The notes under the pieces: generated by a model | What the model saw: the letters and a program-made list of their open reading frames with translations, nothing else | Databases searched by the model: none | What the model was told of the DNA's origin: nothing | Position numbers and translations under genes: made by a program | In this document: positions 18,826 to 28,726 of the stretch, piece by piece | Layout of the letters: the number at the start of each line of letters is the position of its first letter | How positions within the stretch are numbered: the first letter of the stretch is position 1 | Source of the DNA: Halobacteria archaeon | GTDB lineage: Bacteria > Pseudomonadota > Gammaproteobacteria > UBA9214 | NCBI GenBank assembly: GCA_013041945.1 | Contig: JABDRC010000289.1 | Location: forward strand, 1 to 41,915 | Direction of reading: 5' to 3' | DNA length: 41,915 nt

Positions 18826-20183
18826 ATAGCGTGGTCGTCTCATTGCTGGCATTCATTCTGGCGATCGGCGCGCTGGTGACAGTCCACGAGTTCGGCCATT
18901 ACTGGGTTGCGCGTCGTCTCGGCGTGAAGGTGTTGCGCTTTTCCATCGGCTTCGGCAATCCGTTATGGCAGCGCACGTTCGGCCGCGATCGTACCGAGCT
19001 TGTCATTGCGGCGATTCCTCTGGGCGGATATGTCAAGATGCTGGACGAGCGCGAGGGCGAGGTCGCGCCGGATGAGCGCCATCGCGCATTCAATCGTCAG
19101 CCGCTGTCGACGCGCGTGGCCGTGGTGGTTGCCGGGCCATTGTTCAATTTCATGTTTGCGATCCTGGTGTACTGGGCGATGTTCGTTGCCGGCGTGCCCG
19201 GCCTGCGCCCGGTCGTGGGCGATGTTCACGCAGGCTCCGTTGCAGCGCAGGCCGGCATCCTTGCCGGTGACGAGATCCTCACGATCGATGACCAGCCGAC
19301 GCCAACGTGGGAGGCAGCGGTCATGGAACTGCTCGATGCAGGGCTGGGTGAGCAGTCATCGATCACACTGACCGTGCGCGGCAACGATGGCAACGAGCGC
19401 CGCCTGCAGGCCGGCCTCGGTGAAAGCGGGTTGCTGGAGAAGGGCGGGGTGCTCGAGAACTTCGGGGTCGGTCTGTGGCAGTTGCCGCCGGTCATTGACG
19501 AGATAGTGCCGGACGGCGCGGCGGAACGTGCCGGCCTGCGGGGCGGTGACAGGATTGTGACCGCGGACGGCGAGACCGTCGACAGCTGGAATGACTGGGT
19601 CGAATACGTGCGCGAGCGTCCCGAGCAAACGCTGCAACTCACCGTGCTGAGGGGCGGTGTCGAGGTTCCGCTGACCCTCGTGCCGGCGCGCAAGCGCGAC
19701 GCCGGCCGGGAAATCGGTTTTATCGGCGCGTCTGTGCAACTGCCGGACCAGGAACAGCGTGATACAATGCGCGTCGTCGTCCGCTATGGCCTGCTGGAAG
19801 CGGCCCCCGCGGCACTTGGCAAGACATGGGAGGTCACGACGCTCACGCTGCGTACCCTCTGGAAGATGCTGGCCGGCAAGGCATCTGTGGAAAACCTGAG
19901 CGGGCCAATCAGTATTGCCCAGTATGCGGGCCAGTCAGCGACCATCGGGCTGGCTGCGTTTCTGGGCTTCCTCGGGATCGTCAGTGTCAGCCTGGGTGTA
20001 CTGAACCTGTTACCGATACCGGTGCTCGATGGCGGCCACCTGCTGTACTACCTGGTGGAATTCGCGAAAGGCAGCCCGGTATCGGAAGCCGCCCAGCTGA
20101 TCGGACAGAAAATCGGCATCGCAATGCTGCTGGCATTGATGTCAGTGGCTTTTTACAACGATATATTGCGCCTGGTCGAATAA
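18822..20183 (+). CDS. rseP: RIP zinc metalloprotease RseP
   Basis: 453 aa with [11 protein letters not shown] (HExxH), PDZ-like central region and C-terminal membrane segments. ATGA overlap with dxr. Confidence 0.95.
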   Translation: MNSVVVSLLAFILAIGALVTVHEFGHYWVARRLGVKVLRFSIGFGNPLWQRTFGRDRTELVIAAIPLGGYVKMLDEREGEVAPDERHRAFNRQPLSTRVAVVVAGPLFNFMFAILVYWAMFVAGVPGLRPVVGDVHAGSVAAQAGILAGDEILTIDDQPTPTWEAAVMELLDAGLGEQSSITLTVRGNDGNERRLQAGLGESGLLEKGGVLENFGVGLWQLPPVIDEIVPDGAAERAGLRGGDRIVTADGETVDSWNDWVEYVRERPEQTLQLTVLRGGVEVPLTLVPARKRDAGREIGFIGASVQLPDQEQRDTMRVVVRYGLLEAAPAALGKTWEVTTLTLRTLWKMLAGKASVENLSGPISIAQYAGQSATIGLAAFLGFLGIVSVSLGVLNLLPIPVLDGGHLLYYLVEFAKGSPVSEAAQLIGQKIGIAMLLALMSVAFYNDILRLVE

Positions 20184-20192
20184 GCGACAAGA

Positions 20193-22493
20193 ATGAAATA
20201 CCGCATCCAACCATCCAGTCTGTTTTTGCCCGTGCTGTTTCTGGCACTGTTGCTGTGCGGTCCGGCGCGGGCGTTCGAACCCTTTACCGTCGACGATATC
20301 CGGGTCGAGGGCCTGCAACGCATATCAGCAGGAACCGTGTTCAACTACCTGCCCGTGAAGATCGGCCAGACCATGGATACCGGCGCCAGCGTCAGTGCAA
20401 TCCAGGCTCTGTTCAAAACAGGTTTCTTCGAGGATGTCCGTCTCGAGCGTGAAGGCGACGTGCTGGTGGTGTACGTACGGGAACGCGCCGCGATCAGCAG
20501 CATCGAATTGCAAGGCAACAAGGACCTCGATAGCGAGGAGTTGCTGAGTGGACTGAAGGAGATCGGCCTTGCCGAGGGGCGCGTGTTCGACCGCTCGCTG
20601 CTGGAAAAGGTCGAGCAGGAACTGCAGCGCCAGTATTTCAGCCGCGGCAAGTATGCCGTGAAGATCAATACCACGATTACGCCCCTGGAGCGCAATCGCG
20701 TCGGCATCCTGATCGATATTTCCGAGGGGCGCGTGGCCCGCATCAGGCAGATCAACATCATCGGCAATCACACGTTCAGTGACGAAGAGCTGCTGGATGA
20801 GTTCAGCCTGACCACGCCGACGTTTTTCTCGGCGTTCACCAAGCGTGACCAGTATTCAAAACAGGCACTGGCTGCCGATCTCGAAGTGCTGCGTACCTGG
20901 TATCTCGACCGCGGTTATCTGCAGTTCCAGGTCAATTCCACGCAGGTTTCGATAACCCCCGACAAGAAGGACATCTACCTCGCCATCAATATCACGGAGG
21001 GTGACCAGTATCGTATCAAGGTGGTCACCCTTTCGGGTGACCTGGTCGTGCCGGCAGAGGAGATCTATCCGCTGATCAACATCAATCCGGGTGATGTTTT
21101 CTCCCGCAAGCGCGTTACGGAATCGGTCGACAAGATCAGTTCGCTGCTCGGCAACCAGGGCTACGCATTCGCCAACGTGAACACCGTCCCCGACATCGAT
21201 GACGAGACCGACGAGGTGTCGCTGGGATACTTCATCGATCCCGGCAAGCGTGTTTATGTCAGGCGGATCAACATTTCAGGTAACAGCATAACGCGGGACG
21301 AGGTGCTGCGCCGGGAGATGCGCCAGATGGAAGGCGGCTGGTATTCGGCCGAGAAAGTCGAACGCTCCAGGACGCGTCTCGATCGCCTCGGTTATTTCGA
21401 AGAGGTCAACGTCGAAACACCCTCCGTGCCCGGCACGACCGACCAGCTGGATGTCAATTATTCGGTCAAGGAAACATCTTCGGGCAGCGTTACCGCGGGC
21501 GTCGGCTTCTCGCAGAGTTCGGGCTTTGTGTTCAATGCCAGCGTGCAGCAGACCAACTTCCTCGGCAGCGGCAACCGCGTCAGCTTTGCCTTCGACAACA
21601 GCGACGTCAACACCGTCTACAGTTATTCGTATGTCAATCCGTACTGGACCATTGACGGCATCAGCCGGGGCTTCGGGGCATATTTTCGCGAAACGGACGC
21701 CAGCGAGGCCAACCTGTCCGAATACACTACAGACACGCGCGGGGTGGATGTCAACTTCGGTATCCCGGTGAACGAGTTCGATACCATTCGTTTCAGTGCC
21801 GGCTACCGCGGCCTCGACCTGACCTCGACATCCCTTTCACCACGCTATGTCACCGATTTCGAGGACACCTACGGCAACAGCTTCGGTGACCTGGTGCTGT
21901 CGGCGAGCTGGCGGCGCGATTCGCGCAACCGCATCCTGTTTCCGGACAGGGGCGGTCTGCAAAGCATCGCCCTCGAGACAACAATCCCCGGTTCCGGACT
22001 GGAATACTACAAGCTGGACTATACGCAGCAGCAGTTTATTCGCCTGACCAGTGACCTGACGCTTGGCCTGAAGGCGCGCCTTGCCTATGGCGACGGCTAT
22101 GGCGAATTCGAAACCATGCCGTTTTTCGAGAACTTTTTTGCCGGCGGCATCCGTTCGGTACGTGGCTTTGAGGACAATACCCTGGGTCCGAAGGATGAGT
22201 TCGGCGAGGCCGTTGGTGGCTCGTTACTGACGGTATTCAATGCAGAAATCATCTTTCCGCTGCCGTTTGTCGAAACGGCCAGTGCCACACGCCTGAGCGC
22301 TTTCTTCGATATCGGTAATGTTTACAGTGATATCAATACCTTCGAAGCGGGCGATTTGAGATACTCTGCAGGCCTGGCAGGTGTCTGGGCGTCGCCGCTG
22401 GGCCCGATCTCGGTCAGCATCGGGTTCCCGCTGAATGCGAAGGACGGTGACGAGGAACAGAACTTCCAGTTTACTGTCGGATCGTTTTTCTGA
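20193..22493 (+). CDS. bamA: outer membrane protein assembly factor BamA
   Basis: 766 aa with a signal peptide, POTRA repeats, a C-terminal beta-barrel and a terminal aromatic residue (VGSFF). Confidence 0.95.
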   Translation: MKYRIQPSSLFLPVLFLALLLCGPARAFEPFTVDDIRVEGLQRISAGTVFNYLPVKIGQTMDTGASVSAIQALFKTGFFEDVRLEREGDVLVVYVRERAAISSIELQGNKDLDSEELLSGLKEIGLAEGRVFDRSLLEKVEQELQRQYFSRGKYAVKINTTITPLERNRVGILIDISEGRVARIRQINIIGNHTFSDEELLDEFSLTTPTFFSAFTKRDQYSKQALAADLEVLRTWYLDRGYLQFQVNSTQVSITPDKKDIYLAINITEGDQYRIKVVTLSGDLVVPAEEIYPLININPGDVFSRKRVTESVDKISSLLGNQGYAFANVNTVPDIDDETDEVSLGYFIDPGKRVYVRRINISGNSITRDEVLRREMRQMEGGWYSAEKVERSRTRLDRLGYFEEVNVETPSVPGTTDQLDVNYSVKETSSGSVTAGVGFSQSSGFVFNASVQQTNFLGSGNRVSFAFDNSDVNTVYSYSYVNPYWTIDGISRGFGAYFRETDASEANLSEYTTDTRGVDVNFGIPVNEFDTIRFSAGYRGLDLTSTSLSPRYVTDFEDTYGNSFGDLVLSASWRRDSRNRILFPDRGGLQSIALETTIPGSGLEYYKLDYTQQQFIRLTSDLTLGLKARLAYGDGYGEFETMPFFENFFAGGIRSVRGFEDNTLGPKDEFGEAVGGSLLTVFNAEIIFPLPFVETASATRLSAFFDIGNVYSDINTFEAGDLRYSAGLAGVWASPLGPISVSIGFPLNAKDGDEEQNFQFTVGSFF

Positions 22494-22673
22494 TCATGTG
22501 CCGGGCGAGACCCGGGCTGCCCCGGGTTGGCAGCCGCAGGAAAGTGGGGCGCGACAATCCGCAGGCCCGGTAACCGGATTGTCATGACGGTCTGTCGAAG
22601 CGTTGCATTCGTGCGGCAGATGATGTTTGGTAAATTTATAATTACAGTTATCTGGAAAATTCGGAGAATCGAT

Positions 22674-23189
22674 GTGAAAAAGCATATTCAAACTGTTTAT
22701 GGAATTATCCTGGCCGCCGTAATATCGGTGATGCCTGTCACTGCGTTTGCGGAGATGAAAGTCGGCTTTGTCGACCTGGCCAAACTGAGCGAGAGGGCGC
22801 CGCAGATCAAGGAGGCGCAGGGGAAGATCGATGCGGAGTTCTCTTCACGCGAACAGGAACTCATCGGCATGCAGCGCAAGCTCGGTAAACTCGAGCAACA
22901 ACTGTCGACAGACGGTGCGGTGATGAGCGATGCCGAGCGCAGCAAGCTCGAACGGGATATCCTCAGCAAGCGGCGCGACCTGAAGCGTTCACAGGAAGAG
23001 TTCCGTGACGACCTGAACATACGCAAGAACGAGATGCTCAGGCAGGTCAACATCGAGATCGGCGAAATCATAGAGCAATACGCAAAGAGCGAGAGATACG
23101 ACATCATCCTTGCGCAGGGTGTCATGTTCGCCAGCGAGCAGGTTGATATAACCGACCGTATTCTGAATAAACTGGCCGCCGGCAAATAA
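22674..23189 (+). CDS. skp: periplasmic chaperone Skp (OmpH family)
   Basis: Trimmed to the GTG at 22674, which has GGAGA 6 nt upstream. Signal peptide ...VMPVTAFA followed by a coiled-coil OmpH-like sequence. Position between bamA and lpxD. Confidence 0.85.
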   Translation: MKKHIQTVYGIILAAVISVMPVTAFAEMKVGFVDLAKLSERAPQIKEAQGKIDAEFSSREQELIGMQRKLGKLEQQLSTDGAVMSDAERSKLERDILSKRRDLKRSQEEFRDDLNIRKNEMLRQVNIEIGEIIEQYAKSERYDIILAQGVMFASEQVDITDRILNKLAAGK

Positions 23190-23218
23190 CGTTTAGCGTC
23201 TGCAAACGGAGAAACCGG

Positions 23219-24271
23219 ATGGCGCTAACGCTCGGCGCGCTGGCTGAACAGATCGGCGGCAGGCTGGCGCAGGGAAGCCCCGGCTGCGAGGTGGGCGGGG
23301 TCGCAACCCTGCAGCATGCATCGACGGGCGATATCAGTTTCCTCGCGAACCGGTCATACAGGAAATTTCTGGCGTCGACACGCGCATCCGCAGTCATACT
23401 GGCAGCGGAGCATCTCGCGGACTGTCCGGTCGCCGCGATCGTCGCGGATAATCCGTATGCGGCGTATGCGCGTGCGGCCGCGCTGCTGTTTCCGCCGCCG
23501 CCAGGCCGCCGCGGCATCGACCCTTCGGCCAGCGTCGGTGAATCCTGCAGCATCGACCCGGACGCCTGGATAGGCCCCCGTTGCATCATCGAATCCGGCG
23601 CAACCATCCATGCCGGGGCGCAGCTTGCCGGTGGCTGCTATATCGGTGCCGACAGCGAAATCGGACCGAACAGCCGGCTGGCCGCCAATGTGGTCATCTG
23701 TCACGGGGTATCGATTGGTGCGCGCGTGAACATCGCGCCGGGCGCGGTGATCGGCAGCGACGGCTTCGGACTGGCCAGCGAGGACGGCAAGTGGCTGCCG
23801 GTCCCGCAGCTCGGCAGTGTCCGGGTCGGAAATGACGTCGACATCGGCGCCAATACGACCATCGACCGCGGCGCCCTCGAGGACACGATACTGGAAGAGG
23901 GCGTGCGACTCGATAATCAGATCCAGGTTGCGCATAATGTTCACATCGGGGCGCATACCGCCATTGCCGGCTGTGTGGGTATATCCGGCAGTGCCCGGAT
24001 CGGCAGGCATTGCATGATCGGCGGCGGCGCCGGCATTGTCGGTCATCTCGAAATAACCGACCATGTGGTGATCACCGGCATGACCATGGTCACGCGTTCG
24101 ATCACGAGCCCGGGTGTTTATTCCTCGGGGGTGCCGGCGCAGGACAACGAAAGCTGGAACAGGAACTACGCGCGCTTCCGTCAGCTCGACAAGCTTGCAC
24201 GCAAGGTGCAGAAGCTTGAGCGGCAGCTGGGCAGCGGTCAATCACCGGATCCGGTGTTAAATGAAAAATGA
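23219..24271 (+). CDS. lpxD: UDP-3-O-(3-hydroxyacyl)glucosamine N-acyltransferase
   Basis: 350 aa with hexapeptide repeats and an LpxD N-terminal domain, in conserved context. Confidence 0.95.
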   Translation: MALTLGALAEQIGGRLAQGSPGCEVGGVATLQHASTGDISFLANRSYRKFLASTRASAVILAAEHLADCPVAAIVADNPYAAYARAAALLFPPPPGRRGIDPSASVGESCSIDPDAWIGPRCIIESGATIHAGAQLAGGCYIGADSEIGPNSRLAANVVICHGVSIGARVNIAPGAVIGSDGFGLASEDGKWLPVPQLGSVRVGNDVDIGANTTIDRGALEDTILEEGVRLDNQIQVAHNVHIGAHTAIAGCVGISGSARIGRHCMIGGGAGIVGHLEITDHVVITGMTMVTRSITSPGVYSSGVPAQDNESWNRNYARFRQLDKLARKVQKLERQLGSGQSPDPVLNEK

Positions 24272-24301
24272 AGACAGACTGACACTGACCCGGGCCATAC
24301 C

Positions 24302-24742
24302 ATGGACATAAACGACATACTGCAACATCTGCCGCACCGCTATCCGTTCCTGCTGATCGACAGGGTCACCGAGTTCAATGCCGGGCAGTCCCTGGTCGGT
24401 TACAAGAACGTGACCTACAACGAACCGTTCTTCCAGGGGCATTTTCCCGAGCGCCCGATCATGCCGGGTGTGCTGATCCTGGAGGCGATGGCCCAGGCGA
24501 CCGGCCTGCTGGCGTTCAAGACCGTTGAGCGCGGTGCAAAACGTGACAGCCTCTATTTTCTGGTTGGCATGGACAAGGCGCGTTTCAAGCGTCCGGTCGA
24601 ACCCGGCGACCAGCTGATACTGCGGGCCGAGTTGCTGCGGGAGAGGCGGGGTATCTGGATTTTCGACTGCGAAGCCAGCGTCGATGGCAGGCAGGCCGCC
24701 TCGGCGCAGATCATGTGCACTGAACAGGATATCCGGATTTGA
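24302..24742 (+). CDS. fabZ: 3-hydroxyacyl-ACP dehydratase FabZ
   Basis: 146 aa with the [13 protein letters not shown] and EPFFQGHFP motifs. Confidence 0.95.
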   Translation: MDINDILQHLPHRYPFLLIDRVTEFNAGQSLVGYKNVTYNEPFFQGHFPERPIMPGVLILEAMAQATGLLAFKTVERGAKRDSLYFLVGMDKARFKRPVEPGDQLILRAELLRERRGIWIFDCEASVDGRQAASAQIMCTEQDIRI

Positions 24743-25509
24743 TTCATCCGACTGCGGTCATCGATGCCTCCGCGGAGCTGGCTGCGGATGTCGATATCGG
24801 CCCGTATTCCATTATCGGACCCGGCGTCACCATCGGTGCGCGTACCCGGGTAGGTCCGCATGTCGTCATCCTGGGACCGACGCAGATCGGTGAAGACAAC
24901 CGGATTCACCAGTTCGCTTCACTCGGCGACGCGCCCCAGGACAAGAAATACGCCGGCGAGCCGACCCGGCTGGAGATCGGCGACCGCAATATCATTCGTG
25001 AATTCGTCACTTTCAACCGCGGCACGGTGCAGGATGAGGGCCTGACGCGTATTGGTGACGACAACTGGATCATGGCGTACGTGCATATCGCACACGACTG
25101 CCGGGTCGGTAACCAGACCATCCTGGCCAACAATGCATCGATGGCCGGTCATGTTACGGTGGGGGATTACGCCATACTCGGCGGTTTTACCCTGGTCCAC
25201 CAGTTTTGCGTCATCGGTGCGCACTCATTGACCGCGTTCGGCAGCGGCATCAGCAAGGATGTCCCGCCCTATGTGACGGTCGGTGGCAGCCCGGCACGGG
25301 CATATGGCCTGAACATGGAAGGATTGCGTCGGCGCGGCTTCCCGGAGGGGGTGCGCAGGCAACTCAAGGATGCCTACCGCGTGCTTTACCGTGAAAACCT
25401 GTCCCTGCAGGATGCGCTTGCCAGGCTGAGGGAAACAGCGGGGGAGTGCGAGGAGGTCAGCTTGCTGGTGGATTTCCTGGAAACGCAGACGCGCGGCATC
25501 GTGCGCTAG
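24739..25509 (+). CDS. lpxA: acyl-ACP--UDP-N-acetylglucosamine O-acyltransferase
   Basis: 256 aa with hexapeptide repeats. TTG start in a TTGA overlap with the fabZ stop; (M)IHPTAVID N-terminus. Confidence 0.93.
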   Translation: MIHPTAVIDASAELAADVDIGPYSIIGPGVTIGARTRVGPHVVILGPTQIGEDNRIHQFASLGDAPQDKKYAGEPTRLEIGDRNIIREFVTFNRGTVQDEGLTRIGDDNWIMAYVHIAHDCRVGNQTILANNASMAGHVTVGDYAILGGFTLVHQFCVIGAHSLTAFGSGISKDVPPYVTVGGSPARAYGLNMEGLRRRGFPEGVRRQLKDAYRVLYRENLSLQDALARLRETAGECEEVSLLVDFLETQTRGIVR

Positions 25510-25531
25510 TGGAATCGGGAGGAGTTTCTGC

Positions 25532-26707
25532 ATGCCTGACGGACGGCACGCCCTGCGCATCGGTATCATTGCCGGTGAGTCGTCTGGCGATACTATTGCC
25601 GCCGACCTGATCGCCGCCATCCGTCAACGTGTGCCCGACGCGGTGTTTACCGGCATAGCCGGGCCGCGCATGCAGGCGGCCGGCTGCGTCAGCCTGGCGC
25701 CGATGGAGCAGCTCTCCGTGATGGGTCTCGCCGAGGTGCTGGGACACCTGCCGGGTCTGCTCGCGCTGCGCCGCCGGATGCGCCGGCATTTCATCGCGGA
25801 ACGTCCGGACATATTCATCGGTGTCGATGCACCGGATTTCAACCTTGGCCTGGAACGCAGGCTGAAGCAGGCGGGTATTCCGGTGCTGCACTACGTGAGC
25901 CCGTCAGTGTGGGCCTGGCGGCAATACCGGGTCCGCAAGATTGCCGCCAGCACGGATTGTATCCTGACACTGTTTCCGTTCGAGGAGCGTTTCTACCACG
26001 ACCACGACGTGCAGGCGCGTTTTGTCGGACATCCGCTGGCGGACCGTATTGCAGACACCGTGGACCGTCAACAGGCCCGCGACCACCTGCAGCTCGATCA
26101 TGCCGATAGTCTGGTTGCACTGTTGCCCGGCAGCCGGGTTGGCGAGGTGCGGCGCCTGGCGCCGGACTTTATCCGTGCCGCCGCCTGGTGTGCCGGGCAG
26201 CGGCCGGATCTGCGTTTCGTGGTGCCGCTGGCAACGCCGCGCTGCCGCCAGGCATTCGAGCAGGCGCTGGCGGATGTCGGCGCAGATCTCCCTTTGACCC
26301 TGCTCGACGGCCAGGGGCTGGAGGCCATGGCCGCCGCCGATGCCGTGCTGCTGGCATCCGGTACGGCCACGCTGGAGTGCCTGTTGTTGAAGCGGCCCAT
26401 GGCCGTTGCCTATCGCGTTGCGCCACTGACCTATCAACTGGCACGTCGCCTGGTCAGGACCGGGTATTTTGCGTTGCCCAACCTGCTGGCCGATCGACCG
26501 CTGGTGCGCGAATTCATCCAGCATGCGGTGACCGCGGAAAACCTCGGTCGGGAGTTGCTGGCGCTGCTGACGGACACCCGGCGGATCGCGGACATGATGG
26601 AACAATTCAACCGGATCCATGCAACACTGCGACGCGATGCCAGCCAGGTCGCAGCGGACACGGTGTTGCAGATGACCGGCCGGGGGGCGGCAGGCAATGG
26701 ACACTGA
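25532..26707 (+). CDS. lpxB: lipid-A-disaccharide synthase
   Basis: 391 aa LpxB-like sequence (IAGESSGD...), with GGGAGGA upstream. Confidence 0.93.
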   Translation: MPDGRHALRIGIIAGESSGDTIAADLIAAIRQRVPDAVFTGIAGPRMQAAGCVSLAPMEQLSVMGLAEVLGHLPGLLALRRRMRRHFIAERPDIFIGVDAPDFNLGLERRLKQAGIPVLHYVSPSVWAWRQYRVRKIAASTDCILTLFPFEERFYHDHDVQARFVGHPLADRIADTVDRQQARDHLQLDHADSLVALLPGSRVGEVRRLAPDFIRAAAWCAGQRPDLRFVVPLATPRCRQAFEQALADVGADLPLTLLDGQGLEAMAAADAVLLASGTATLECLLLKRPMAVAYRVAPLTYQLARRLVRTGYFALPNLLADRPLVREFIQHAVTAENLGRELLALLTDTRRIADMMEQFNRIHATLRRDASQVAADTVLQMTGRGAAGNGH

Positions 26708-27293
26708 CTTGCAGCTGCCGCCCGGGCGGCTGGCCGGTGTCGACGAGGCGGGGCGCGGACCACTGGCCGGTCCGGTGATCGCCGGCGCGGTCATCCTCGA
26801 TCCGGACCGGCCGATCGACGGTCTGAATGATTCCAAGCGACTGTCGGCCGCCAGGCGCGAGTGTCTGTACGAGGTGATCCGCCAGCAGGCACTGGCATGG
26901 TCGATCGGCCGCGCAGAGGTCGAGGAGATCGACCGCATCAATATCCTGCAGGCAACCCTGCTGGCCATGCAGCGTGCCGTGCAGGGGCTTGCGCCGGCGG
27001 CCGAGTACGTGCTGGTCGACGGCAATCGCAGCCCCGGTTTTGCCTGCCCGTCGCAGGCCGTGGTCAGGGGAGACAGCCGCGTGGCCGCGATCAGTGCCGC
27101 CTCGATCATGGCGAAGGTCACGCGCGATCGGGAAATGATCGAAATGGACCGCCAGTTCCCGGGTTATGGCCTCGCGCAGCACAAGGGGTACCCGAGCAAA
27201 TCGCATATCGAGGCGCTGGAGTCGCTCGGTGTGACACCGATTCACCGTCGTTCCTATGCGCCGGTCAGGCGTATCGTCGAGCGGGAAGGGTAG
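26697..27293 (+). CDS. rnhB: ribonuclease HII
   Basis: 198 aa with the [13 protein letters not shown] motif. 11-nt overlap with lpxB. Confidence 0.95.
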   Translation: MDTDLQLPPGRLAGVDEAGRGPLAGPVIAGAVILDPDRPIDGLNDSKRLSAARRECLYEVIRQQALAWSIGRAEVEEIDRINILQATLLAMQRAVQGLAPAAEYVLVDGNRSPGFACPSQAVVRGDSRVAAISAASIMAKVTRDREMIEMDRQFPGYGLAQHKGYPSKSHIEALESLGVTPIHRRSYAPVRRIVEREG

Positions 27294-27376
27294 CGGGGGC
27301 CGATAGTCCTGTTGTTACCCGGTCAGGCCGGATTCGCGACGAAGCTGAACGGGATACTGTCCCGTCAACCACCGTA

Positions 27377-28540
27377 TCAGGCGCAGGCGGATACCGGGTC
27401 CTGCGAGCGTTCGTAGCTGGTGACCCGGTTACGGCCGGATTGCTTGCTCTTGTAGAGCGCCATGTCCGCCTTGTCGACGACGTCCTCGACGTCTGACACA
27501 TTATTGGGAAAGCTGGCAATGCCGACACTGGCGGTTGTCGAGATACGCTTGCCATTGATGTTCAGCGAGGTGTCGGCAATCGCCGTGCGGATGCGCTCGG
27601 CCTTTGCGTGCGCCGCGCCGCTTGCGGCCTGGCTGAGCAGAATGATGAACTCGTCACCGCCATAGCGGGCCAGCACATCGGATGAGCGCACATGTGCCTT
27701 CAGTACCGTCGATACTATCTGTATGAGGCGGTTGCCGGCAGTGTGTCCGTAGTGGTCATTGATGGCCTTGAGGCCGTCCACATCCACCATGATGACTGTC
27801 AGCGATGTGCCGTAGCGGTTGACGCGCGCGATCTCCTTGTCGAACAGCGTATTGAATGCGCGCATGTTCAGTACGCCGGTCAGGTCATCCGTTTGCGACA
27901 GCCGCGCGATCTTGCGCTTCGCGGCCAGGATGTCGGATGCCAGCATGGAAGTGACATAGGCGACCAGCAGGAAGGGCGAGAAATTGGCCATCAGCAGGGT
28001 AAAGGTCCCGGGCGTGAAGATGTCCACCGAGTGCACCTTGAAACCCATCAGAAGATAGCAGCAGGCGATCAGGCCCACCTCCAGCAGCGTCATGACCTTG
28101 CCCAGCGTGATGGCACACGCGATGATTACCAGCAGGTACAGGTTGAGCAGCGGGCTTTCCGTGTAGCCGGTGTGCCACAGGATCGTGGTAATGAAGCCGA
28201 CCATGGTCCAGGTCTCCACGGCCAGCTTGAAGCGGGTCTCGCGCGCCTGGAAATTGAAGTAGCGAAAAACCAGCACGAACAGCGCATAGGCCACCATCGT
28301 GACCACGAGGGGATCGGTGTCGACGATTTCCCGGGTTGGAATGAAAAAGTACAGGATGACCAGTATCAGCAGTAACCACTGCAGTTCTGCCATGCTGCGG
28401 GAGAATCCTTTCAGTTCCTCAGCGTCATAATCGGTCGTTAATGTTTTAATGCATGGTTCCTGCATGGCTGTTCCGATCGACTGAAAACTGTCTACAGAAA
28501 CCGTTATCGTCCGGGTATATTCCATGTTTAGCCATGGCAC
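27377..28540 (-). CDS. membrane-anchored diguanylate cyclase (GGDEF domain with RxxD I-site)
   Basis: The C-terminal part carries RYGGDEF, with RSSD five residues upstream (canonical I-site). The N-terminal part has about 5 hydrophobic helices of no family I can name. The start is uncertain: GTG at 28540, ATG at 28525 or ATG at 28465. Confidence 0.85.
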   Translation of the reverse strand: MPWLNMEYTRTITVSVDSFQSIGTAMQEPCIKTLTTDYDAEELKGFSRSMAELQWLLLILVILYFFIPTREIVDTDPLVVTMVAYALFVLVFRYFNFQARETRFKLAVETWTMVGFITTILWHTGYTESPLLNLYLLVIIACAITLGKVMTLLEVGLIACCYLLMGFKVHSVDIFTPGTFTLLMANFSPFLLVAYVTSMLASDILAAKRKIARLSQTDDLTGVLNMRAFNTLFDKEIARVNRYGTSLTVIMVDVDGLKAINDHYGHTAGNRLIQIVSTVLKAHVRSSDVLARYGGDEFIILLSQAASGAAHAKAERIRTAIADTSLNINGKRISTTASVGIASFPNNVSDVEDVVDKADMALYKSKQSGRNRVTSYERSQDPVSACA

Positions 28541-28726
28541 AGGCCGGCAGGCGCTTTACGGGGGAATTCCACTGGCCGATTGTCCTGATTGTGAACTGCG
28601 TCACAAAATACCGCCTGCCAGGATAAAAACGTATTTATAAACAATCTTGTACAGTTGATTCTTCGAGCATATCGGGAACCGGCCCCGGTGCTTGAAACCT
28701 GGCCGCTAAATCCGGACACTCTCAGC

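Noticed and set aside
17635-18852. 405-aa minus-strand ORF
   Set aside because: Antisense to dxr, with no motifs. Same artefact class.
25904-27121. 405-aa minus-strand ORF
   Set aside because: Antisense to lpxB and rnhB, with no motifs. Same artefact class.
27377-28540. GGDEF gene as a horizontally acquired island
   Set aside because: Only the 5' end is noticeably AT-richer in my rough per-line counts. There are no flanking repeats, tRNA or mobility genes, so I report it only as a synteny interruption.
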